Source: Ostreococcus tauri
Lineage: Eukaryota
Direction of reading: 5' to 3'
DNA length: 11,158 nucleotides
Assembly: GCA_000214015.2 (NCBI GenBank)
Contig: CAID01000006.2
Span: 601,885 to 613,042 of the forward strand
The notes under the pieces were generated by a model that saw only the letters and a program-made list of their open reading frames with translations, had not been told where the DNA came from and searched no databases. Each line of letters starts with the position of its first letter. Positions within the stretch are counted from its first letter, which is position 1. Shown here one piece after another: positions 1-7,404 of this stretch. The translations under genes and the position numbers were made by a program.

Positions 1-1
1 G

Positions 2-529
2 GGGCAGTCCGACGTCTTGGTCGAGGCGCTGACTCCGGATTTCCGAGGCGAGAAGCACCTGGTCGAGCTCGTTGCGTCTTCTGGTTTGGACGTGTACGCG
101 CACAACGTCGAGACGGTTCCGGAACTTCAGGCGGACGTGCGCGACCGCCGGGCGAACTGGGATCAATCCATCGAAGTGCTGAAGCACGCGAAAAAATCAG
201 GCGCGAAGATCACGAAGACGTCCATCATGCTCGGTCTCGGTGAGACGCACGACCAAGTCATCAACGCTCTCAAGTTGCTCCGCGAGGCTGACGTGGACGT
301 CGTGACTTTTGGACAGTACATGCGACCGACGAAGAAGCACCTTGCCGTGGTCGAGTACATCACTCCCGAGGCGTTCAAGCGCTACCAAGAAATCGCGGAG
401 GGCATGGGTTTCTTGTACGTCGCGTCCGGAGCCATGGTTCGCTCTTCTTACAAGGCGGGTGAATTTTTCCTCGCGAACGTCATCAAGGAGCGCAAGGCAA
501 AGGAGGGCGCTACCGCTTCGGCGTCGTGA
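2..529 (+). CDS. LIAS: Lipoyl synthase (radical-SAM), C-terminal ~175 aa; the 5' end lies outside the window
   Basis: The frame is open from the window edge; the track's 'M' at 17 is a TTG codon, not a real start. The translation ...LTPDFRG...[33 protein letters not shown]...[10 protein letters not shown]...[29 protein letters not shown]......[19 protein letters not shown] matches my recollection of the conserved C-terminal half of eukaryotic/bacterial LipA/LIAS almost block for block. TGA stop at 527-529. Confidence 0.93.
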   Translation, partial: GQSDVLVEALTPDFRGEKHLVELVASSGLDVYAHNVETVPELQADVRDRRANWDQSIEVLKHAKKSGAKITKTSIMLGLGETHDQVINALKLLREADVDVVTFGQYMRPTKKHLAVVEYITPEAFKRYQEIAEGMGFLYVASGAMVRSSYKAGEFFLANVIKERKAKEGATASAS

Positions 530-537
530 TTGACAGC

Positions 538-1422
538 TTAGTATATTCTTTGGCGCGCGATGTGACAGATGAGTTCGCTGGTGTCGTCAATGTAGTACGT
601 CTCACGAATCTTGATCGTCAGGAGTAGAATCTTAAACGTGTATTCCATAACCCAAGAGCTCCACTCTTTCTCCGTACCTCGACCTTTATACGTCGGCCCA
701 GTTGTCGTCATCTTTGTGTACTTGCTCAGCGTACCACTGTCGCCGCGAGCGCTCGACATGCGTAGACGCTGAGACATTCGTTTGACTGAATCACACAGGC
801 TCACCATCACCTCGTCCTTGCCCTGAAAGAAATCTCCGTGAATATTCATGTAATCCACGTCGCGGCTAAACAAGGATGCAATCTCTTCGCGGAGCGCCCA
901 GTTGAAATCTTGCGAGACGATCGCGTCGCCGAAAGCCTTGGAGACGATTTTGGGAGCCTCTGGGATTTCTCGCGCGGTCATGCGGTTCGAGGCGTCGAAG
1001 GGCTTCGGTAAAACGACCGGTAAATTTTTGAGTTGCTGAAACGTCCGCTCTGTCTCGTCGTCCACCTTTCCCGCGTCGACGATTTTCTTCGTCGCATCTC
1101 GCACGGCTCTGCTCTGCGACCGAAGCGCCTCGAACACGCCAGGATATAACTCCTCCGACTTCTTGCGCGACAATTTACGCTTCACCTCCCGCGCCGGCTT
1201 CGCGTCGATATCGAGCGGGTCGAACTTGGCGGCGACGCGCGCCGCGTCCGCCTCGAGCGCCGACTTCATCTCTTCCCCCGAGTCCTCCACCGCGCTCACG
1301 GTGCGCGAGACCACGCGTCCACGCTCCATCGTCTCCCCACCCCGTCCCATCGCCCGCGCGCGCGCGCCATCGCCCGCGACGTCCTCCTCGACCACCCGTC
1401 TCGCGCTCGCGCACTGCCCCAT
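538..1422 (-). CDS. Conserved-looking hypothetical protein (294 aa), family not recognised; N-terminus MGQCAS fits an N-myristoylation/palmitoylation motif
   Basis: This is the C-terminal 294 codons of the 640-aa minus ORF. Its composition is normal for a protein (K, F, I, Y, W, D present; e.g. ...DFNWALREEIASLFSRDVDYMNIHGDFFQGKDEVMVSL...EWSSWVMEYTFKILLLTIKIRETYYIDD...). The upstream part of the same ORF is R/A/G-rich and runs antisense through the phosphatase gene. ATG at 1420-1422 gives MGQCAS (Gly2, Cys4, Ser6). TAA stop at 538-540. Alternative in-frame ATGs exist at ~1600 (MTRRF...) and downstream (MGRGG..., MERGR...). Confidence 0.6.
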   Translation of the reverse strand: MGQCASARRVVEEDVAGDGARARAMGRGGETMERGRVVSRTVSAVEDSGEEMKSALEADAARVAAKFDPLDIDAKPAREVKRKLSRKKSEELYPGVFEALRSQSRAVRDATKKIVDAGKVDDETERTFQQLKNLPVVLPKPFDASNRMTAREIPEAPKIVSKAFGDAIVSQDFNWALREEIASLFSRDVDYMNIHGDFFQGKDEVMVSLCDSVKRMSQRLRMSSARGDSGTLSKYTKMTTTGPTYKGRGTEKEWSSWVMEYTFKILLLTIKIRETYYIDDTSELICHIARQRIY

Positions 1423-1836
1423 GTCGTCGATCCGTATCCACCGACCCCTTTCCGCGCGCCCGAACCCGTCGAACCGCGCGTCGACGCGCGCGCGCGCGCG
1501 ACCGTCGCGCCCGTTCGTTCGCGCGCCCGCGACGCCGCTCTCGCGCGCGCCCGTCGCGCACTCGCGCCTCGGGAACCTCGGGAAGACGAAACGTCGCGTC
1601 ATCGCACAAAAAAAAACGCGTAAACCGCAACACCCTCGACGCGTCGAGCGCGCATCGCGCGACGCGCGTCCACACGCGCGCGCGCGACGACCCGCGCGCG
1701 CCGAGCGACGGGCGAGACCGCGCGCATGCGCATCGAGCTCGCGGCCGAGGCCTACGTCGCCGTCGCCGCGCTCGTCGACCGCGAACTCGACCGCGCGACA
1801 CGCGTGTCGCGGTGTGGGCCGCGGACGCGTCGAGCG
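1423..1836. promoter_or_regulatory. Divergent (head-to-head) intergenic region, presumed bidirectional promoter
   Basis: It lies between the minus-strand start at 1422 and the plus-strand phosphatase start (1837, or 1726). It is extremely CpG-rich. It contains (CG)8 at 1485-1500, (CG)6 at 1675-1686, perfect palindromes CGCGCGTCGACGCGCG (1475-1490) and CTCGACGCGTCGAG (1635-1648), and an A9 run at 1608-1616. No TATA-like element was recognised, so the promoter function is inferred from gene arrangement only. Confidence 0.4.
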
Positions 1837-2427
1837 ATGGACGAGACGTCGTCGAGCGCGAAGGCGACGCGCGACGCCAAGGTGCGCGCGTTGTTCACCG
1901 CCCTGCTCACGGCGCGATCGGTGCGAGAGGACGCGACCGCGGTGGAGGTGACCGAGGGCGTGTACGTCGGGAGCGTGGGCGCGGCGCGAAACGCGCGGGA
2001 GCTGCGACGAATGGGGGTCACGCACGTCCTGGCGGTGTGCGACGGCGCGCCGGCGTTTAGCGATGACGAGGGGAATGGGTTTATCAGGGCGACGCGCGCG
2101 GTGAAGGACTCGCCGGAGGCGCCGATAGAGGAGACGTTTGATTTCTGTTACGATTTCATTAGAGACGCTCGCGCGAGCGGCGGACGCGTCTTGGTGCACT
2201 GCTTCCAGGGTAAGAGCCGAAGCGCGACCATCTGCGCGATGTACATGATGCGGTCGCTCGGGATGTCCTACGACGAGGCGTTGGAGAAGATTCGCGCGGT
2301 GCGTCCGTGCGCGCGGCCGAATTCGGGATTCGAGAAGCGACTCAGAGCGCTCGAAAAAGCGCTCGCGGAGCGCGCGCGAGACGGCTCGCCGAGTAAGCGG
2401 CGTCGCCGTAGTCCCGAGATCGCGTAG
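1837..2427 (+). CDS. Dual-specificity protein phosphatase (Cys-based, DSPc-type), ~196 aa
   Basis: The active-site P-loop VHCFQGKSRSAT (HCxxGxxRS; His codon 2197-2199, Cys 2200-2202) sits in the expected context: ...GVTHVLAV...D....I...F..C.DFI..A...GGRVLVHC..G.SRSAT...AYMM......S..EAL..IR..RP.A.PN.GF..QL. Start taken at MDETSSS (ATG 1837). An upstream in-frame ATG at 1726 adds 37 low-complexity residues and is the alternative. TAG stop at 2425-2427. Confidence 0.85.
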   Translation: MDETSSSAKATRDAKVRALFTALLTARSVREDATAVEVTEGVYVGSVGAARNARELRRMGVTHVLAVCDGAPAFSDDEGNGFIRATRAVKDSPEAPIEETFDFCYDFIRDARASGGRVLVHCFQGKSRSATICAMYMMRSLGMSYDEALEKIRAVRPCARPNSGFEKRLRALEKALAERARDGSPSKRRRRSPEIA

Positions 2428-2620
2428 CGAACCGGCGGCGGGCCGTATGTACATAAACATTCATTCAGCACCACTCATCGTCGTCAAAGCGAGCATCCGT
2501 ACGATTCGTCGACGCGTTCGCGTCCGCGTCCCGCCGTCCGCTTCGCCGCGCATCAAACGCGCGCGCTTAGATCACCCACACTTCGCCCCTCGGGCGCGTC
2601 AACGCCCGAACGAACGCGCG

Positions 2621-5389
2621 ATGCCGAACATGCGCACCCCGGATCCACCACCGAACGGTCCCGTGTCCCCGTTCGTCGACGCGTCGCCCGAGTTTGAGCG
2701 AAGAAACGAATCACAAGATTATTTCGAAGACGATGACATTCGAGACGCGATCGTCGGTAACTCGCCCGCGCGCGACGTCTTTCGCTCGCCGGTGAAGCGA
2801 TGGAGCGATGTGCCGTCACCCTCGAGATCGGACGTCGAGATCGAGCGCATGCGGTCGGAGGTGAGCGCGAACAGGGCGTACGTCGCGGAGCTCGAGCGAA
2901 GAGTCCAGAGCGCCGAGCGCGAGCGGGACGACGCGAGGGAGGCGGCGTCGGCGCGAGAGCGAGCGATGAACGAAAGAGCGAAGAAGACGCAGGAGCAGAA
3001 CGTGAAGAGAGAGCGGGAGTTCGCTGCGAGGGAGTTGGATCTGGAGGCGAGGGAGCGAGAGGTCGCGCGGGCGGAGGCGGAGCGGGCGAGCGCAAAGCGA
3101 AGAGAGACGGCGGTGAGCGATCGAGAGGAGCGGCTTCGGATGGACATGGACGAATTGGACGCTCGAGACGAGCGGTTAACGGAGGGAATACTCGAACTCG
3201 AGCGCGAGGGGGAAGCGTTGAGGAGGGAGGCGGCGGCTCTCGAGCGACGTAGGGCAGATATCGCGAACGAGCTCACGGATCGAGAGGTAGACGTTATCAA
3301 GCGAGAGGAGAGCGTGGCCGTGCGCGAGCGCGAGATGAGAGTGGTTGAGGGACACTTGAACACTCTGAAGGAACGCGCGGTGGATGAGGAGGCTCGATTG
3401 ACGCGCGCGATCGAGCGAGCGGACGCGGCAGAATCTCGAGAGGCGGACGTCGCTCGGCGCATTCGTGAACTCGACGGCGACGAGCAGCGCGCTCGAGTGA
3501 GCATCAGGGAAGCGCAGAGTGATTTAGCGCGGTGCGTTGACGCAAAGACACACACGTTGCGAGAGACGGAGTCGTTGAAGAGGGATGTAGATGCTGCTCG
3601 AAACGCTGTGGAGACACTCGAAGCGGAAAAGGCTCGACTTTTCCGGATCATCGCCGACATGCGGACGGAACTAGACGATCGAGAGCGCCAGACCGTAGAC
3701 GCGGCGGAGTTCGCGGCGAATGAGTGTGAGTCTATTGCGGCGGCGTGGGATGAGGTGGAGATCACGCGTCAAGCTTTGGAGCGTCAAGAGAAAATGATCG
3801 AGGAGACTGCGGCGCGGCTTGAGCACAACGTTCAGGCCTACGAGCGCGACTCGACGGCCTTTCGCGAGCGCGAGGAGCTGTATGAACGCAAGGTTCGTGA
3901 TCTCGTTGAACAGGAAGACTTTTTGCGTAAAATTGCGAGAGAAAACGAGGACCGCTCCCGAGACTTGGCGGCTAGGGATACGGCGCTCGCCGAACGACTT
4001 CGTCGCCTGGAATCTGGCGAGGCGGAAATCACTGAGTGGAGGCCGAAGATTGCGGCTTATATGGCGAAGGAGACCTTCATACGGGAAAACATCGAGGCGA
4101 TTGAAACTGCACAGACGCAGCTCGCCGATCTGAGCGCGCGCGAGCGTGATATCGAGGCCAAGGAGGCGCAGCTCGAGGCGCGAGAGGAAGCCGTGGCGCA
4201 ACAACTCAGCGCTGTGGCGGAAGCCGAAGTTATACTGAGCGAAGAAAAAGCAAAGTTGGAGCTCAAAATGCTAGAGGTGGCACCGAAAATGACCGCCGTC
4301 GAGCTCGAGCGTGAGGTGACGACATTGAGAGCTGAGTTGGAGCGCACGAAGGCAGCGGCGAACGCCGCAATGGCGAATGCGGACATGGAGCGACGACGAC
4401 GGGAAGAGATGGCCGGCTCGAGCGGCGAAGACGCGCACGCCAGCGAGACGAAACGAAGTCGTGAGGCGATAGAAAACGAAACCGCGGAGTTGCGTCGTGC
4501 AAACGAACTCCTGGACCTGCGCGAGTCCGAGCTCATGTCGCGCGAGAACGCTCTGGCTGACGAGTTTGATCGACTTGAGCGAGAGATGGTTCGCTTCGAA
4601 GACCTTCGTCGATGTGTGGATGACCGAGCTCGGCAAATGCAGTTTAGCGGTGGCATGAGTTCTGTGGACGAAGACGTCGACGACTTCATGACGAGCGAGC
4701 GTGCGGCAGTGATGGAGATTCGTGCAGAGGCGGAACAGTTGCGTCGAACGGCGCGCGAGCACCTTGAAGCGGCGATGGAAGCCTCTCGAGCCGCGCACAC
4801 GATCAACGACGCGTGCGCCGCGAGTGAAAAGGAGGGCATGGCGATTGTTCGCAGGGTCTCCAACATCGTCGCCTCCGCCCTGAGCGTCGCTCGCGCGAAG
4901 GGCGACGAGCTGCGCAAGGCGGCGTCTCAAGGCGTCGATCGTAAGATGGACATGCTAGACGCCCAGCTCGAGTACGTCGCCAAAGCGAAGGCCGATTTGG
5001 ACAGACGAGATGCATCGCTCCGCGCTTCCTCGTTCGAGGCGAACTCGAGGCGTCGCGCGGAGACCGTGGAGAACGCTCAAGAGTTGTCCTCGCGCGCGCG
5101 AGCGTCGCAACTTCGTAAAGACGTGGACGTCGCGAGCGCGAAGCTGCGTGAGAGTCTGGCTCAAGGCGTGAGCGCGCTCGAGCGCGCCGCTGGGGTGTGT
5201 GCACCGGGCGCTCACCTCGCCTTGCGCGCGTCTCTCGATTCGCTCCGCGCGCGCAGCGACCACCTCTCGCGTCCGCCCGTCGAAGACGACGCAGCCGCCC
5301 TCTCCAGCACCCTCGACGCCCTCGAGCGCGAGATCCGAAGAGCGTCCACGTGGTTCGAGGAGCTCCGCGTCGCCGTTCGCGCGCGATAG
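2621..5389 (+). CDS. Large coiled-coil protein (~922 aa), Glu/Arg/Ala-rich, family unknown
   Basis: This is an uninterrupted 980-codon ORF. After a Pro/Ser-rich N-terminus, almost the whole length is heptad-like charged sequence (E, R, A, L, D; e.g. ELERRVQSAERERDDAREAASARERAMNERAKK..., LEAREEAVAQQLSAVAEAEVILSEEKAKLELKMLE). Start chosen at MPNMRTPDPP (ATG 2621). The upstream ATG at 2447 would begin only 20 nt after the phosphatase stop and encodes R/V/P-rich filler. TAG stop at 5387-5389. Confidence 0.75.
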   Translation: MPNMRTPDPPPNGPVSPFVDASPEFERRNESQDYFEDDDIRDAIVGNSPARDVFRSPVKRWSDVPSPSRSDVEIERMRSEVSANRAYVAELERRVQSAERERDDAREAASARERAMNERAKKTQEQNVKREREFAARELDLEAREREVARAEAERASAKRRETAVSDREERLRMDMDELDARDERLTEGILELEREGEALRREAAALERRRADIANELTDREVDVIKREESVAVREREMRVVEGHLNTLKERAVDEEARLTRAIERADAAESREADVARRIRELDGDEQRARVSIREAQSDLARCVDAKTHTLRETESLKRDVDAARNAVETLEAEKARLFRIIADMRTELDDRERQTVDAAEFAANECESIAAAWDEVEITRQALERQEKMIEETAARLEHNVQAYERDSTAFREREELYERKVRDLVEQEDFLRKIARENEDRSRDLAARDTALAERLRRLESGEAEITEWRPKIAAYMAKETFIRENIEAIETAQTQLADLSARERDIEAKEAQLEAREEAVAQQLSAVAEAEVILSEEKAKLELKMLEVAPKMTAVELEREVTTLRAELERTKAAANAAMANADMERRRREEMAGSSGEDAHASETKRSREAIENETAELRRANELLDLRESELMSRENALADEFDRLEREMVRFEDLRRCVDDRARQMQFSGGMSSVDEDVDDFMTSERAAVMEIRAEAEQLRRTAREHLEAAMEASRAAHTINDACAASEKEGMAIVRRVSNIVASALSVARAKGDELRKAASQGVDRKMDMLDAQLEYVAKAKADLDRRDASLRASSFEANSRRRAETVENAQELSSRARASQLRKDVDVASAKLRESLAQGVSALERAAGVCAPGAHLALRASLDSLRARSDHLSRPPVEDDAAALSSTLDALEREIRRASTWFEELRVAVRAR

Positions 5390-5507
5390 CGGTGTATTCG
5401 CGATGTATGTATTCGTTAGGCTAACCGACGCCGAGAGCCATCGCACGCGTCGCACGCCTTCAAACACCGCACTCGTCGTCGCTCCCGCCCGCGGCGTCCG
5501 TCGAACG

Positions 5508-6566
5508 ATGACGGACACGGCGAAGAGCTCGATAGCGGTCCTCGAATCCATCGCGCGGAGAGACGCGGCGCGTAAGGAGCACGAAAGAGCGAGAAAGGAT
5601 GAAAGATTACACTCGAGCGAAGATCCCTCGACCGCGCTCGTCGCGTTCAACGATGCGTGCGCCGAGATCGAGCGCGATATTCAACGCGTTTTGAGCGACG
5701 ATGAGGCGTCGAGGAAATCGAACGTGCGCGAGGAGACGCGGAGAGAGAGTGGATTGGCGGCGCTCGGCGCGGTCAACGCGCGAGCGACGGCGCTCGACGC
5801 GACGACCGGAGAGTTCGGTCGACGGGCGAGCGCGTACGACGTGCGGGTCATGCGACAGCGCATGTGTGATGTCAGGGCCGCGTTGGTCAGGGCGCGAGGG
5901 GTGATCGCGCCGCGTGAGCCGTTTCGGTTCAAGTCGAGAGCGAGCGGGACGCGGCGGGCGAGAAAAGACGGGACGTCGAAGGATGAAGCCGCCGCGGTCG
6001 AGGATACAGACGCAAACGATGACTCTCCGGGGACGAGAGATAGGAAAAATGAGGTCGTGGTCGTGCGCGAGGTGCCGGAAGGGGAGGATTATGTGTTGGA
6101 GCGCTTGGCGGATTGCGACGTCTTCGTACTCGGCGCCGTTCGAGCGCTTCGAGCGCACGATTTGAAGCGATGTCGCGTCTTCATCGTCGCCGTCGCCGGG
6201 AGCGCGCACTTAGAGAATGTTGCAGATTGCGTGTTCTGTCTCGCGACGCGACAGCTCCGCGCGCACGCGGTGCGACGGACGCGTTTTCACGTCCGCGCCG
6301 CGTCGAGACCCATCATCGAGGACTCGCGAGAGGTCGCATTCGCGCCTCTGATGCGTGGGTTCGCGACACAGGCGAACTTCGACGTCATTCGACGCGACGC
6401 AGGTCTTCCGGTCGAGGAGAACGGGATGTGGCGCGAGGTGGATGATTTTCTCTGGCTCAAGGCGAGCGCGTCGCCGCACTGGAGCGCTCTGGACGACGAC
6501 AACGACGAAACAAGAAACGTCGACGAGGCGACTCTGCGCGAGGCATTCGAGCGCTTAGATCTATGA
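5508..6566 (+). CDS. TBCC: Tubulin-folding cofactor C (TBCC; C-CAP/cofactor-C-like beta-helix domain), ~352 aa
   Basis: The C-terminal half LERLADCDVFVLGAVRALRAHDLKRCRVFIVAVAGSAHLENVADCVFCLATRQLRAHAVRRTRFHVRAASRPIIEDSREVAFAPL...NGMWREVDDFLWLKA parallels my recollection of the TBCC CARP domain (QQLRIH...TR.FL.V.SR.I.ED....FAP...W..VDDF.WL). The N-terminal part is helical and charged, like TBCC_N. The track ORF start at 5199 is a GTG that overlaps the previous gene. ATG 5508 (MTDTAKSS) is preferred; ATG 5403 is the alternative. TGA stop at 6564-6566. Confidence 0.85.
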   Translation: MTDTAKSSIAVLESIARRDAARKEHERARKDERLHSSEDPSTALVAFNDACAEIERDIQRVLSDDEASRKSNVREETRRESGLAALGAVNARATALDATTGEFGRRASAYDVRVMRQRMCDVRAALVRARGVIAPREPFRFKSRASGTRRARKDGTSKDEAAAVEDTDANDDSPGTRDRKNEVVVVREVPEGEDYVLERLADCDVFVLGAVRALRAHDLKRCRVFIVAVAGSAHLENVADCVFCLATRQLRAHAVRRTRFHVRAASRPIIEDSREVAFAPLMRGFATQANFDVIRRDAGLPVEENGMWREVDDFLWLKASASPHWSALDDDNDETRNVDEATLREAFERLDL

Positions 6567-6590
6567 TATTACTGTCGCTGTGCCTGTGTG

Positions 6591-6595
6591 TGTAA
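6591..6595 (+). terminator. Candidate green-algal poly(A) signal TGTAA downstream of TBCC
   Basis: TGTAA lies 25 nt after the TBCC stop, in a locally AT-richer stretch (tgtgtgtgtaatacaagtattg). TGTAA is the known dominant poly(A) signal in chlorophyte algae. This is a motif match only. Confidence 0.35.
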
Positions 6596-6680
6596 TACAA
6601 GTATTGTTCGCTAGGTAACCGTCCAGAACTGCCCGAACGCCCATCGTCAGTGCTCGTCGCCGTCGGCGACAAACGCGAAC

Positions 6681-7175
6681 TCATTCTCTGCCGCGCGAGC
6701 GCCCGCTCCGATTCCCCTTCGCATCTACACCGAATATATCCTCGCTCAGAATCATCCGAGTGTTGTCGAACGCTCCTCTGGTGGACCCATCGAGTCCCCT
6801 GCCGTGCTCGCGTCCGCCATCCTTGTCAGCGTCCGAGCGCCGTCTCGCACTCGCCTTGTGACTCCCCGTCTGCTCGCCCGGATCCATAAAAAACTCGTCC
6901 TCGCACGCGATCGTGGTCGATATCGCGCGCGCGAACGACACGCTCTTCACAGGTCGCGCACGTCCACCGTCGTCTCTCGCGCTTCCGCTCCGCGCGAGCG
7001 CCATCGCCGGTCCGCGCGCGCTCTCCCCGCCCTCTCTTCTCGCGCTGTCCGATCGCGTGAGCGTCGCGCGCGTCGTCGGCATCGTCCCCGACGTCGACGT
7101 CGCGGCGTCTCCGCGCGCGAGCGCGTCGTCGACCTCGACCACGCTCGAGACGCTCGCGCACGCACACAGCCGCAT
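6681..7175 (-). CDS. Questionable small ORF (up to 164 aa), hypothetical
   Basis: It is the only ORF with partly protein-like composition (…VKSVSFARAISTTIACEDEFFMDPGEQ…DNTRMILSEDIFGVDAKG…) in the otherwise unexplained 840-bp gap between TBCC and the JmjC gene. Third-position GC is only moderate, I recognise no family, and the N-terminal third is low complexity. Internal ATGs occur at 7082 and 7004. It could equally be a chance frame in GC-rich DNA. Confidence 0.25.
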   Translation of the reverse strand: MRLCACASVSSVVEVDDALARGDAATSTSGTMPTTRATLTRSDSARREGGESARGPAMALARSGSARDDGGRARPVKSVSFARAISTTIACEDEFFMDPGEQTGSHKASARRRSDADKDGGREHGRGLDGSTRGAFDNTRMILSEDIFGVDAKGNRSGRSRGRE

Positions 7176-7404
7176 GTCGTCACGAAATCGACGCGCGCGG
7201 CGTCGCTATCGACGCGCTCGCCGCGAGATCGCGGGGTTACAAATACACGAAATTTCTCCGCGCGACGACCAGGTCGGGGGTCGTCCGAGGGCGTCGCGCG
7301 ACGCGCCGTGCGGGCGAGCGTTCTCGGTGAAGCGCTGTCGGCGTTCGCGGCGCCGCACGGCTGGCGCCCCGCACACGCCCGCGCGCGCGTGCGAAGCGGT
7401 GCGC

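Noticed and set aside
1163-1951. ORFs 1163-1951 (+) and 1175-1801 (-)
   Set aside because: They are extreme Arg/Ala/Ser/Pro low complexity spanning the promoter and overlapping better-supported genes. Their openness is explained by GC content.
2208-2213. GGTAAG splice-donor look-alike in the phosphatase gene
   Set aside because: It falls inside the codons of the HCFQGKSRS catalytic loop, which reads through perfectly in frame. Removing an intron here would destroy the active site.
1423-2460. N-terminal 346 codons of the 640-aa minus ORF (538-2460)
   Set aside because: They are R/A/G/H-rich low complexity and run antisense through the well-supported phosphatase CDS and the CpG-rich spacer. 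This is a typical stop-poor shadow frame in GC-rich DNA. Only the part downstream of MGQCAS looks like a real protein.
2447-2620. Upstream ATG at 2447 as the start of the coiled-coil protein, and the 10-nt palindrome TATGTACATA (2446-2455)
   Set aside because: The ATG lies 20 nt after the previous gene's stop, and the first 58 codons are R/V/P filler. The palindrome is short and AT-type and is likely part of the 3' UTR or poly(A) region. There is no supporting evidence of function.
2719-4930. Long minus-strand ORFs (2719-3765, 4057-4917, 4271-4930, 3671-4204) inside the coiled-coil gene
   Set aside because: They are Ser/Arg/Ala-rich antisense translations of GAG/CGC/GCG-rich sense codons, with no motifs. 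The sense frame is one uninterrupted 980-codon ORF with coherent coiled-coil periodicity.
5199-5507. Track ORF start at 5199 for the TBCC gene, and ORF 4955-5650 (-)
   Set aside because: Position 5199 is a GTG codon overlapping the last 190 nt of the coiled-coil CDS, and eukaryotic initiation there is implausible. The minus ORF is a shadow frame across the gene junction.
6913-7404. GTG-initiated N-terminal extension of the JmjC ORF
   Set aside because: GTG is not a eukaryotic start, and the sequence is low complexity up to MRAKRRKE. It is kept only as a possible alternative start at ATG 7174, as noted in the findings.
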